Shown piece after piece: positions 9,201 to 17,782 of a stretch of 64,000 nucleotides of DNA (positions are counted from its first letter, which is position 1; each line of letters starts with the position of its first letter). Made by a program: the position numbers and the translations under genes. Under the pieces are notes generated by a model. That model had not been told where the DNA came from. It saw only the letters and a program-made list of their open reading frames with translations, and made no database searches. The DNA is from Victivallales bacterium (GTDB lineage Bacteria > Verrucomicrobiota > Lentisphaeria > Victivallales > JAUVCU01): NCBI GenBank assembly GCA_029934175.1, contig JAOZMT010000001.1, positions 19,286 through 83,285 of the forward strand. The letters run 5' to 3'.

Positions 9201-12200
9201 GTAAGCACGTCTGATACTTCTGGCAAACTTCGAATCACCAGACAAGGTCAAACATTAACTTGTTATTATTGGGATGGTTCTAGTTGGCAACAAATTCATC
9301 AAAGAACAGGCTTTTCGACTAATGATGTCTCAATATCGATTTGTGAAATATATAGTTCTGCTGATCATCCTCAAATATCAGCTTACTTTGACAATTTTAA
9401 AATTAATGAGGGAACAGTTTTAAAGCCGTCAAGCGGTGATTTAAGATTTACAAAAGATGATGAAGTCACTCTATTAGACTTTTGGGTAGAAAAAGTAGAA
9501 GGGACAAGTCCTAATAGAATAGCTTATGTATGGGTAAAAATTTTAGATAATTTAGATAACAATGTGAATATTTATTGCTACTATGGTAATCCTAATGCTA
9601 ATAATGTAAGTAATGGTGATAATACATTTATTTTCTTTGATGATTTTGAAGGAACAGATATTGATACTAATAAATGGACTTTTGTTCAAGGTACTCAAGG
9701 TAATGGAAATTATTCGGTATGGGCTAGTGTTTTAAGCTGGACTCATTTGCCATTTGGAATAAAATACGCTCATGCTGCTTTAGGCAATGCTGCATTACGT
9801 GCACGATACTATCAATTGAATCCAACTGATCATGGCTCTGGTCTTGTTTGGAGAAATGACGTAGAGAATAAGGCAATATTTAATATTTGGAGAGATACAA
9901 ATGATTTGGTTAGGCTTATTGAGACTAATCAAACTGCGCATGATGTTAGTGATAATTTAACTTCTTGGGGTATTCTTGAATTTCTAAAAGATCAAAATGA
10001 CAATATTTCAATCTATTTAAATAGTCGCCAGCAGAATGGATCTTATATCAATTCTTATGATTTAGATGCACTTTATATAGGAAATCGAGGAGAAGCTTCT
10101 TCTTATGATGCCTCGGATTTTAAGTTTGATTGGATATTAATACGTAAGTACATTTCTCCAGAGCCTTTGTTTAGTTCGGTAGGAAATGAGGAAGGAATTG
10201 GAGTTGAAACATATTCTTATAACTATCAGGCCGATTCATTTATAATTCGTTGTATTGATTCAAGTTTGCCATTAGATTCGTTACTTTATCCTTTCCAAAG
10301 AAAATTAGTAAGGAGATCCGATGGTTCTTTTATTGCAGTTTACCATAAGGAAATTAATAATGTTTGTCAAATTTTCTTGGCTTCATCTAATGATAATGGT
10401 ATTACTTGGTCTTCCATACAAATAACAAATAGTTCTTATGATCAAAAATATCCAGCAGTAATAGTAGATACGGAAGATGATGTTCACTTAGTGTGGTTAT
10501 CACAAATTGATTCTAATACTTATAAAATTGCATATGAGTGTCAGTTAAATGGGCAATGGCAAGATACAGAAATTATTGGAGACGCTGTTGAAAATTCAGC
10601 ACCGACAATTACTTTTTCTAATAAAAATGATAATATAATTTACGTAAGTTGGCATAGTCTTGGCAATGAAATTTCTATAAGAAAAAAAATAAATGATTCT
10701 TGGCAATCACCGCATGAATTTTCAACGGGAATTGAACAATTATTTCCATGTATTACAGTTGATAATGATGCGAAATATCATTTAGTCTGGTCTATAAAAA
10801 AAGCGGAAGACCAACCTTATCAAATAGTCTATTCGAATGAAAATAGGTTTCCAGATAAAGATGTACTTGCAGAATCAGAAGGAAATAATTATCCCATAAT
10901 TTTAATCGATTTGAATAATAATATATATGTTTGTTGGCGTGATAAAGGATATGGTAATAATCCTAATTATTATAATATAGTCTATAGAAAAAATGATGGT
11001 AATGGATGGACTAATATTCAAAATATTTCGGATGAAGACCATAATCAATTAGCACCTTCTGCTTCTGCTACAATTGAAAATGATATTTATGCAGTTTGGT
11101 CTGGACTTGGATGGCAAAATAATCCAACATTTTACAATATACAGTATAGAAAATCTGGCCAATCAATTCAATCGGTAACCGATATAGATAGACATCAATG
11201 GTTTCCTAATACTATTTATTCATTATATCCAAAAGTATTTGGAATACACACTAATGTTCCAAAGCAAGGATTTGGTTTTATTTGGCTAGACGATATATAT
11301 CTGAAATTTTACAATTTCAATTTGGATTGGCAATCAGCAATTTGGAAACATTATTCTGTCGATGTTTTATTAGTAAATAAAACAACTAATTTATTAGATG
11401 TTTTATTACGAAAGTTTTTTACTTTAGATTATTCACTAGATTTATTATTGGAGAAACATATTGGTACTATTATTAAAGAAGATGTCACTAATGAAAATCT
11501 TAAATCACAAAGAAGATTAATTAGAAAAGATAATAATTTATACTGTGTTTACATATATAATAATCAGTTATATTTGGCTACTTCTGATGATAATGGCCAA
11601 ACTTGGACAGAAGGACAAGTTACAAATGAAAGTAATCCACAGTCTGAACCTGATATTGCAGTAGATAGTGAAGGATATATTCATATTGTTTGGGTCAATA
11701 ATGGTAATATTTATTATATTAGAAGAATTGAAGAAGGATTTAATACACCTATTCAAATAACTACTGAAGGTGATCAACATTCACCTATAATTATTATTGA
11801 TGCAAATGATAACGGTTATATAACTTGGTATGGAAAAACTAATAATACTTATAACATTTATATTGCTTATTTAAATACGGCTACAGGTCAGATCACGAAT
11901 ATAGAACAAATAACTAACAATAATTTATATGATCAAATCAATCCAATCTTAGCAATAGATGGCTCTTATTTACATCTTATTTGGACAGGAAAAGGTTATG
12001 GTTCTAATCCAAATTTCTATAATTTGCAATATAAACGCAAAGCTTTAGATGGTAATTGGTATCCACAAGAGAACATTACTGATAAACCTTATGATCAAAA
12101 TTTTCCTTCTGCAATTGTGGATTTAGATGGAAATTTAAATGTTGTTTGGCAAGGCAAAGGTTGGGGAAACAATCCAAATACTTGGAATATAATTTTTAGA

Positions 12201-15200
12201 AAACGTACTGCTGCAACTTCGGTCTGGGAAGATGAAGAAATAATTACTGATAAAGCAGAAGATCAAATTCAACCTTCAATAAGTGTAGATAGTTATTCTA
12301 ACATTAATGTCATTTGGACTGGAAAAGCATGGGGATTATTTACGAATCATTTTAATATTCAATATAAACAAAAAACTGCAAGTGCTTGGTCTTCAATAAG
12401 ACATATAACTGATACTTCAAATGATCATTATTGGCCAAATTTTATTTCTAGTATTTATCCAATAATTGATGAAGTACATACTAACATTCCCAAAACAGGT
12501 TATGCTTTTAGTTGGATAGATAAAAGTGATTTAAGATATTATGTTAGTTCAGATTTAGAATGGGAAATACCAGAAAATAAATTTTTGATTGCACAAAATA
12601 TAGATTATTTAGGACAACATCCTTTAGCAAGAGATTCCGATGGAAGATTATGGATTGCATATTCTAAAAAAATAGGTGATTATTATCATATTTTTGTTGC
12701 ATATTCAGAAGATAATGGAAAAACATGGATTGAAGAACAGATTACATCAGGAAATAGGCATCAGAAATATAGCTCCATTGTAATAGATTCATTGAATAAT
12801 ATACATTTGGTTTACTTAGATTGTACGGATCAGTTAAATATTTGTTATAAAAAAGGAAAATTTGGAAATTGGTCAGATGCTGAAATAATAGATACTAGTT
12901 TAGAAGAATTTAATCCAATAACTATTGCAATAGATAGTCAAGATAATATTCATGTTGCATGGAAAAAGTTTGATACTACGGAAAATTTGACCTATATAGC
13001 ATATAAGAAGAAAACCGAAAGTGGATGGCAAAATCTAGAAGAAGCAAGTCCTAAGCATAATTATGATGATTATCCTTACATTGCCATTGATGATAATGAT
13101 AATGTGCACTTAGTTTTTACGGGAAAATATGGGATAAATGGCCATTCCAATGTCCAATATAGAAAAAGGACTAGTTCTGGTTGGCAATCTAGAATAGCTC
13201 TTGAGAATGTAGATTATGAAAGTGAAAATTGTTATCTTTGCTTAGATGATGATGGAAATATTTACGTGTCTTGGAATAGTGGTGCAAATATTTATACTAG
13301 AAGCTATATAAATGGCGAATGGAAAGATAAATATAAACTTACCAATTTGCCAGAAGGAACAGATTTGGTTTCCAAAATTCCCACTTTATCTTCAACCAAG
13401 GGTGGGAAAATACATGTAATATATATAGGAATGACAGAAGATTCGCCGACGCCAATGTATTATCATTCAGAAAAATCTGTAGCAACAACTGATTGGTCTG
13501 ATTCTGAAAATATTTTGGATATATATTCATATTATGAAGGGCCAGAGAGATTGATTTGGGCAAATTGGCCGCAAATATCTTATTTTAAGCCTAATAGACC
13601 AAAATCTGGTTATGCTTTTGTTTATGAAGATTTATTTAATAAGGAATTATGGTTTTTTAGAAGTTTAGATTTGAAATGGGATAAGTTTACTACTGCGACT
13701 GAAAGATTTATACTTTCTTATATCAAATGTAATTTATTAACTGAATCTTCTGTAAATTATCAAGTGGATTTACTGAATTTAAAAGAAAAGTTATGTCAAT
13801 ATAATGTTGATAGTTATTTATGTCTTGCTAAATTATTGAACATTGAAGCATTATTATTAAAGGAACTTTATAAATCTTATGATATAGATTTAAAATTTGT
13901 TGGGATGAAAAAATTAAATGTAAATACTTGCTTGCGCAAGCCAAACATATTAGAATATAATATTGATATGTTCATTATAAAAGATGGTGTGATTTTTTCA
14001 GAAACATTATTAAAAGGTAAAGCAGACTATAATTATTTTTTAGATACTTTGATTCAAGAATTAAATAAAACTTCAAATTATAATGAAGATGTCCTTTTGA
14101 AAATTGAAAAAAGTATAAATCTAAATATAGATTCAATTTTAAAACCTACTAAAAGCTTTGATTTAGACATTTTGTTAAAAGGTTTCGGAATAGTATTGAA
14201 TTATCCAATTGATATGTGTATTAATGATACATATATTTCACAGTTTAATATCGATTCAATTTTGAGTACTTTTGGTAATAAATCTTATTCGGTTGATATG
14301 TTAATTCCAACATTGAACCGTAATGTGATTTCAATTGATATGATTATATCAAATAAATTTACAAAGTCACTTTCATTATCTAATTCTTTAGTTTATAATT
14401 TTAAATCAACCGTTCTTCTACCTTTCTTATTAGATTTAAGAAATGTTTTAATTAATGAATTACTTTCACCAAAATACAAAGGATTTTATTTGAGAAATTC
14501 AATAGCTAATGTTGATATTTTTAAGTCATTGAGTTTAGTTAATAGCTATGAAAAATTTGCAGCAAATCAATCATTGATAAATGAATTGTCAGAAGTATTA
14601 AATAAAATCTTGTATTTATTAAACGCATTGGCCAATATTAATATTGAAAATCGTCAATTTATTGTTAATTCATTACAGCAATTAGTAAAAACTAATCAAT
14701 TACAAAATGAATTAGGTGATGCTTTTTCTTCGATATTAGCGATTTTGAATGATTTAGTTAAACCAATAAGTAAGACAGAAACGATATCTTCTGATATCCT
14801 AAATTATTTAGTAACAAATCAATCATTAAGAAATGAGCTTTCGTATTTGTATCCTTCAGAGCAACAAATAGAAGGAGAAGAAATTTGTACAAGATTTTTG
14901 GAATATAACGATTGGGATATCAAATTAGACGGAACTTCTATAAAAGATAAAGTAACAGAAATTAATGTTTATAGAAGGGAAAGTGAAATTTTCAATCATA
15001 TAGAACTTACAATAGTTGATCCTAAGTTATTTAAGCAATGTGATCCATATTATAATAGTGGATTAGAAAGAATTGAACTAAGGACTAATGACAAAACTAT
15101 GAAATTTTTACTTGAAAGTAGAGAAGGTTCCGAAGAAAATCGTGAATTTAGTATTTGGGGAAGATGCAAAGCAGCAATCTTATCAGAACCATTTTCCATA

Positions 15201-16301
15201 AAAACTAGCTATGTAATTAAAGATAAGAAAGCAAGTGAAATAGCAAAAGAACTTGCAGGAAGTATTGATGTAGATTGGCAAATTTATGATTTTTATGTGA
15301 AAGAATTTACTTATGAAGGCTATCCAATTGACGGAATTTCAAGATTAGCAGAAGTAATAGGTGGTATAGTAAGAACAAAATCTGATGGTTCATTGTTAGT
15401 TAGGTACAAATTTCCAGTAAGACCTAAAGATTTACAAAATGTTAATGCAGTTTATGAATTAGATAGATATTCCAATTTAGTTTCGCTTGACTATAGCGAA
15501 GAAGCGGCGCTGTACGATTCAGTAGAAGTTCGTGGTGCTGATTATTCGGAAATGCAAACTTATTTTTCAATTGAAACAGATAAGACTTGTTTTGAAATAG
15601 GAAAAGAAGATGCAATATTAAGAGTTTATAAATATCCATTTGATGTTGACTATACTGTTTTTTCAACAGATGGGGAAATTACTAAGATAAGCTCTAATAA
15701 AACAGAAGAAATTACAGAAAATATTAATATTGAAAATGAATCTGGAAGTACATCTAAATATATTGATATTTTGACTTCATATGAATGGATAGGTAATATT
15801 AAGAAGAAAAATGAGAAAGAACCTTTGGGAAGTATTGAATTTGATGGAAATAATATTCAATGTACTAATTGTGCAGGCGCTTATCTAAGAGTTAATTATA
15901 AGACTAAATATGATGAATGGAAATTATCATGTGATAAAGAGACGGAAGTTAAATCTATTGTAATTGTTCCAGAAGGTGAAACTGTTGTTTTGAATGTTGT
16001 TATTGGTGACGGGAATAGACCTGCATCTCCAATTCAAGATGAATTGATTACTGAAGAATATATGGCAGTATTAAGAGGACAGGCATTTCTTGATGATAAT
16101 TATTATCAAAAAATAAAACATACTGTGAAGTTACCATATGTAGATATAGAAGATGGTCAAGTTGTTTCATTAGCTGATGATTATTATAATTTATATGGCA
16201 ATTATTTAGTAAAGCAAAGCGATATTAATATTACATTAGAAGAAGATACTTTGAAAATTTGGCTTTCGCTAAATATTGAGAAGTATAGAAAGGTGCTGTA
16301 A
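6210..16301 (+). CDS. giant modular tail fibre / adhesin fused to a hub-like C-terminal domain (3363 aa from TTG 6210)
   Basis: Uninterrupted ORF. GGGAGGA at 6197-6203 is followed by TTG at 6210. That start gives (M)SWLSDWQYRKK, colinear with MGWLSNWQYRKK of ORF 3172; the track start at 6195 is also TTG. Contents in order: four DUF2341+LamG-like modules each ending in RKYISPEP, three propeller units with Asp-boxes S.D.G.TW, a 13-15-aa repeat shaft, and a C-terminal ~470 aa gpD/gp27-like region. Confidence 0.9.
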   Translation: MSWLSDWQYRKKITIQGQSGAGTDYQVLLKVGESSGASGYDFHVEGHSANFPSDTNQSGDLRFTKSDGTTLLKFWVEKVEGTSPNRVAYCWVKIADNLDNNVNIYCYYGNPNADNVSNGDDTFIFFDDASSNKSANYEWVDIYDTPFSPVLFYDSANKEYDLSHSDHDNEFLKIKDVAISNVCARAKFKITDSEPTNPNDQFGFFLRHSGLARPNDKGYLLRFNRFTEPNRISIHAEDGGINETSLATANLSENINLNDFYEFEAKVYGNNFSCSIRKLDGTELASTSASDSTYNYDKIAVQFAYHQTTKVSFKDLIIRKYISPEPSFSSASSELNTSNWNYRKKITIQGQSGAGTDYQVLLKVGESSGASGCDFHVEGHSANFPNDTNQSGDLRFTKSDGTTLLSFWVEKVEGTSPNRVAYCWVKITDNLDNNVDIYCYYGNSGATNISNGDDTFIFFDDFQGSSLDSNKWDGDGSYSVADGHITLQAGGNIKSKNEFAMENTTVEALVKVDSNYRLLLAYMERKVQYDVPGSSFGEWQLWDNSGNKLDHFDGLDPTVGSYQWWKLRYLSNEIKIYLDADYVGNFSDSYRTTSKVEAYHWYSGTTEIDQCRIRKYISPEPSFLSVSTEQLNKLNVTDWQYRKKITIQGQSGAGTNYQVLLKVGESLAPSSADDNFDDNIINTYLWKKIIHGNNVKIEEKNGRIEASITATEGTNYGLLQSKFHLSGDFDIQIDFSNLNLENKNFTFARGFEVVVDSLNYAYCQLQYASGTGRAYHAGIKVNGNETYNDISSSHTSGKFRITRQGQTLTCYYWDGSDWQQIHQRTDFSTENVYVNTCYVYNTNQCGQVSVHFDNFKVNEGTILNLKPFDFDVESHSANFPNANDNFDDNIIDSYLWRKIISGNVTLEEQNGRIEASISATSGTNTGKLRSKFFLSGNFDIQIDFSNLNLESKEFGFIRLAITVDSDNYAYCQREYRNSYGHNYYAGIKINGSETDGHVSTSDTSGKLRITRQGQTLTCYYWDGSSWQQIHQRTGFSTNDVSISICEIYSSADHPQISAYFDNFKINEGTVLKPSSGDLRFTKDDEVTLLDFWVEKVEGTSPNRIAYVWVKILDNLDNNVNIYCYYGNPNANNVSNGDNTFIFFDDFEGTDIDTNKWTFVQGTQGNGNYSVWASVLSWTHLPFGIKYAHAALGNAALRARYYQLNPTDHGSGLVWRNDVENKAIFNIWRDTNDLVRLIETNQTAHDVSDNLTSWGILEFLKDQNDNISIYLNSRQQNGSYINSYDLDALYIGNRGEASSYDASDFKFDWILIRKYISPEPLFSSVGNEEGIGVETYSYNYQADSFIIRCIDSSLPLDSLLYPFQRKLVRRSDGSFIAVYHKEINNVCQIFLASSNDNGITWSSIQITNSSYDQKYPAVIVDTEDDVHLVWLSQIDSNTYKIAYECQLNGQWQDTEIIGDAVENSAPTITFSNKNDNIIYVSWHSLGNEISIRKKINDSWQSPHEFSTGIEQLFPCITVDNDAKYHLVWSIKKAEDQPYQIVYSNENRFPDKDVLAESEGNNYPIILIDLNNNIYVCWRDKGYGNNPNYYNIVYRKNDGNGWTNIQNISDEDHNQLAPSASATIENDIYAVWSGLGWQNNPTFYNIQYRKSGQSIQSVTDIDRHQWFPNTIYSLYPKVFGIHTNVPKQGFGFIWLDDIYLKFYNFNLDWQSAIWKHYSVDVLLVNKTTNLLDVLLRKFFTLDYSLDLLLEKHIGTIIKEDVTNENLKSQRRLIRKDNNLYCVYIYNNQLYLATSDDNGQTWTEGQVTNESNPQSEPDIAVDSEGYIHIVWVNNGNIYYIRRIEEGFNTPIQITTEGDQHSPIIIIDANDNGYITWYGKTNNTYNIYIAYLNTATGQITNIEQITNNNLYDQINPILAIDGSYLHLIWTGKGYGSNPNFYNLQYKRKALDGNWYPQENITDKPYDQNFPSAIVDLDGNLNVVWQGKGWGNNPNTWNIIFRKRTAATSVWEDEEIITDKAEDQIQPSISVDSYSNINVIWTGKAWGLFTNHFNIQYKQKTASAWSSIRHITDTSNDHYWPNFISSIYPIIDEVHTNIPKTGYAFSWIDKSDLRYYVSSDLEWEIPENKFLIAQNIDYLGQHPLARDSDGRLWIAYSKKIGDYYHIFVAYSEDNGKTWIEEQITSGNRHQKYSSIVIDSLNNIHLVYLDCTDQLNICYKKGKFGNWSDAEIIDTSLEEFNPITIAIDSQDNIHVAWKKFDTTENLTYIAYKKKTESGWQNLEEASPKHNYDDYPYIAIDDNDNVHLVFTGKYGINGHSNVQYRKRTSSGWQSRIALENVDYESENCYLCLDDDGNIYVSWNSGANIYTRSYINGEWKDKYKLTNLPEGTDLVSKIPTLSSTKGGKIHVIYIGMTEDSPTPMYYHSEKSVATTDWSDSENILDIYSYYEGPERLIWANWPQISYFKPNRPKSGYAFVYEDLFNKELWFFRSLDLKWDKFTTATERFILSYIKCNLLTESSVNYQVDLLNLKEKLCQYNVDSYLCLAKLLNIEALLLKELYKSYDIDLKFVGMKKLNVNTCLRKPNILEYNIDMFIIKDGVIFSETLLKGKADYNYFLDTLIQELNKTSNYNEDVLLKIEKSINLNIDSILKPTKSFDLDILLKGFGIVLNYPIDMCINDTYISQFNIDSILSTFGNKSYSVDMLIPTLNRNVISIDMIISNKFTKSLSLSNSLVYNFKSTVLLPFLLDLRNVLINELLSPKYKGFYLRNSIANVDIFKSLSLVNSYEKFAANQSLINELSEVLNKILYLLNALANINIENRQFIVNSLQQLVKTNQLQNELGDAFSSILAILNDLVKPISKTETISSDILNYLVTNQSLRNELSYLYPSEQQIEGEEICTRFLEYNDWDIKLDGTSIKDKVTEINVYRRESEIFNHIELTIVDPKLFKQCDPYYNSGLERIELRTNDKTMKFLLESREGSEENREFSIWGRCKAAILSEPFSIKTSYVIKDKKASEIAKELAGSIDVDWQIYDFYVKEFTYEGYPIDGISRLAEVIGGIVRTKSDGSLLVRYKFPVRPKDLQNVNAVYELDRYSNLVSLDYSEEAALYDSVEVRGADYSEMQTYFSIETDKTCFEIGKEDAILRVYKYPFDVDYTVFSTDGEITKISSNKTEEITENINIENESGSTSKYIDILTSYEWIGNIKKKNEKEPLGSIEFDGNNIQCTNCAGAYLRVNYKTKYDEWKLSCDKETEVKSIVIVPEGETVVLNVVIGDGNRPASPIQDELITEEYMAVLRGQAFLDDNYYQKIKHTVKLPYVDIEDGQVVSLADDYYNLYGNYLVKQSDINITLEEDTLKIWLSLNIEKYRKVL
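6228..6593 (+). repeat. DUF2341 cassette, DNA-level copy 2
   Basis: Near-identical nucleotide runs shared with 3190-3558 and 7227-7595. Confidence 0.9.
7227..7595 (+). repeat. DUF2341 cassette, DNA-level copy 3
   Basis: Near-identical nucleotide runs shared with 3190-3558 and 6228-6593. It is preceded by the conserved linker coding for RKYISPEPSFSSAS. Confidence 0.9.
8124..9646 (+). repeat. DUF2341 cassette copy 4, split into three pieces by two tandem paralogous ~195-aa inserts
   Basis: The DUF2341 pieces are 8124-8207 (WQYRKKITI..VGES), 8808-8852 (PFDFDVESHSANFPN) and 9432-9646 (SGDLRFTKDDE..YCYYGN..FFDDF). The inserts 8208-8807 and 8853-9431 both run DNFDDNII..YLW.KII .. RITRQGQTLTCYYWDGS.WQQIHQRT .. 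FDNFK.NEGT. Confidence 0.85.
10270..13685 (+). repeat. three tandem ~355-aa BNR/sialidase-like beta-propeller modules (approximate limits 10270-11335, 11497-12570, 12586-13685)
   Basis: Each unit has one canonical Asp-box (SSNDNGITWS, TSDDNGQTWT, YSEDNGKTWI). Each also has repeated blades of the form D..(D/N)..H(L/I)VW and G(K/L)G(Y/W)G.NPN.(Y/W)N(I/L).(Y/F)(R/K)K. Confidence 0.75.
13700..14870 (+). repeat. ~390-aa array of short-period (13-15 aa) repeats, core (N/S)Y.(V/I)D.(L/I)(L/I)
   Basis: The translation shows NYQVDLL, QYNVDSYL, SYDIDLKF, EYNIDMFI, NLNIDSIL, SFDLDILL, NYPIDMCI, QFNIDSIL, SYSVDMLI and VISIDMII at regular spacing. Shorter versions occur at 11350-11465 and 4100-4345. Confidence 0.7.
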
Positions 16302-16302
16302 A

Positions 16303-16536
16303 ATGAAATTATTAGATTTAATCAAACCAGAAATAATAGAAAATGGTACAATTATTGCATATAGTGGTTCAAATTATTTAGTTAAAATTGGAAATAATAC
16401 AGTTAAAGCATTTGGTGCTAAAGGTTTTCAGGTTAATGATAATGTTGTTGTTGGAAAAGTTAATGATCAATATTTAATCTTGACAAAAACTTCTTCTTTT
16501 GCTAAGAAAATTAAGACAATAAGAATTCAAGGGTGA
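16303..16536 (+). CDS. small beta-rich baseplate protein (possibly gpV/spike OB-like)
   Basis: The ATG at 16303 lies 1 nt after the giant ORF stop; the track start at 16276 overlaps that ORF. The pattern G.I...........VK.G......F...GF.V.D.V.VGKV resembles small spike/OB proteins. The family call is weak. Confidence 0.6.
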   Translation: MKLLDLIKPEIIENGTIIAYSGSNYLVKIGNNTVKAFGAKGFQVNDNVVVGKVNDQYLILTKTSSFAKKIKTIRIQG

Positions 16537-16542
16537 TAAGAA

Positions 16543-17046
16543 ATGGCTAATGGGAATAATGTTAATAATATTGCAAAAGCCAGTATAGTTTTAACTTTTG
16601 CAGCTTCTTGTGCAGCTGAAGATCATTTTATTAATGTAGAAATGGATGATGAAAAGAACCAAGGTAAAACATGTTTTTTATATGGTGAAAAGATTTATTT
16701 CCGTGTGTTTACAAGTCCAAAGGATATGAATATAAGATTGGAATCAAGTGATGGTTCAATTTTTAATGAGGGAACAGATTATTTTGAATATGAAGAAGAT
16801 ATTCAATTTCCTAATACAAATGAAGCTAATACACAATATCCAGTAGATTCAGTAATTTGGGATGATTGGCTTGGTAATTCTTTAGGATCAATATCAATTT
16901 CTAACACTACAATAAGGACAAGTAAAACTGGAGTAGCGATTTTGAAATTGAGATATCGTGTATCATATCGTTCGTACGCAATAACGGTAGGTCCAAGGAA
17001 TTATGATGAGTATCCCATTTTGGTTTATATTGAGGAGATATTATAA
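16543..17046 (+). CDS. hypothetical baseplate/tail protein
   Basis: 167-aa ORF, co-directional and tightly packed, with its stop overlapping the next start (TAATG). Confidence 0.7.
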   Translation: MANGNNVNNIAKASIVLTFAASCAAEDHFINVEMDDEKNQGKTCFLYGEKIYFRVFTSPKDMNIRLESSDGSIFNEGTDYFEYEEDIQFPNTNEANTQYPVDSVIWDDWLGNSLGSISISNTTIRTSKTGVAILKLRYRVSYRSYAITVGPRNYDEYPILVYIEEIL

Positions 17047-17780
17047 TGGCTGCTAGAACTTCTATTGAATTAAGATTCTCCAAAGTTTGCGAGATTAGTG
17101 AGGGTAGATTCGTTTTGGAGCTTGATGATGAAGTAAATGAAAATAAGAGCATATTTGTACCAAAAGTAGATACTGCATATATAAGATTATTTCCATGTTG
17201 CCTAATGCCTACATTGAGAAGTAATTTAGGAACAGTTTCATTAGTAAGTTCTTCTATTCCAAGAACTATTGAACAAGATATTGCTTTTAGAAGAACTAAG
17301 ACTGCTAGTTTGTCATATCCATTATTTGAGTTAATAAGTTGGACTTGGCTTGGCAGAACTTACCCAGAAAATATTACATTAACAATAACTAATTGGGATA
17401 TTACAGCATCAGAAGAAGTTTCTGGAATAGCTAGGATAACTTATATTAGTTATTTTGATAGGATAGCATTGTCAGGTGTCAATCAAGAAGCGGAAGTCTT
17501 AGTTGAAGCAATTAAAGAGTCTATGTATGGTTCAATAATTGTTAACTTTAAAGTAGAAGAAGTTCCAGTTTATTTAACAGTTCGGGATGCCTGTACTAGA
17601 TTACCCATAGAAGATGTTTCAGTATATGTAGATGGAAAATTTGTTGGTGTAACTTCTGCTAATGGACAAATTAATTTGGGTAAATTAAGAACGGGTAAAC
17701 ATTCTTTAAAAATGGTTAAATTCGGCTATCAATCAAGTGATGAAGATATGATAGCTAATGATTACTTTGTGGTAGAATAA
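17046..17780 (+). CDS. hypothetical baseplate protein with a CarboxypepD_reg-like C-terminal beta-sandwich
   Basis: GAGGAG RBS. The C-terminus VYLTVRDA.T..PI.DV.VYVDGKFVGVT.ANGQI.LG.L..GKH.L.. .K.GY resembles carboxypeptidase-regulatory-like domains. Confidence 0.6.
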   Translation: MAARTSIELRFSKVCEISEGRFVLELDDEVNENKSIFVPKVDTAYIRLFPCCLMPTLRSNLGTVSLVSSSIPRTIEQDIAFRRTKTASLSYPLFELISWTWLGRTYPENITLTITNWDITASEEVSGIARITYISYFDRIALSGVNQEAEVLVEAIKESMYGSIIVNFKVEEVPVYLTVRDACTRLPIEDVSVYVDGKFVGVTSANGQINLGKLRTGKHSLKMVKFGYQSSDEDMIANDYFVVE

Positions 17781-17782
17781 TT

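Noticed and set aside
3172-10200. Whether the repeated fibre cassettes are the template/variable repeats of a diversity-generating retroelement.
   Set aside because: There is no reverse transcriptase or Avd-like gene in the window. The differences between copies are not adenine-specific. The repeats are N-terminal scaffold modules rather than C-terminal variable regions.
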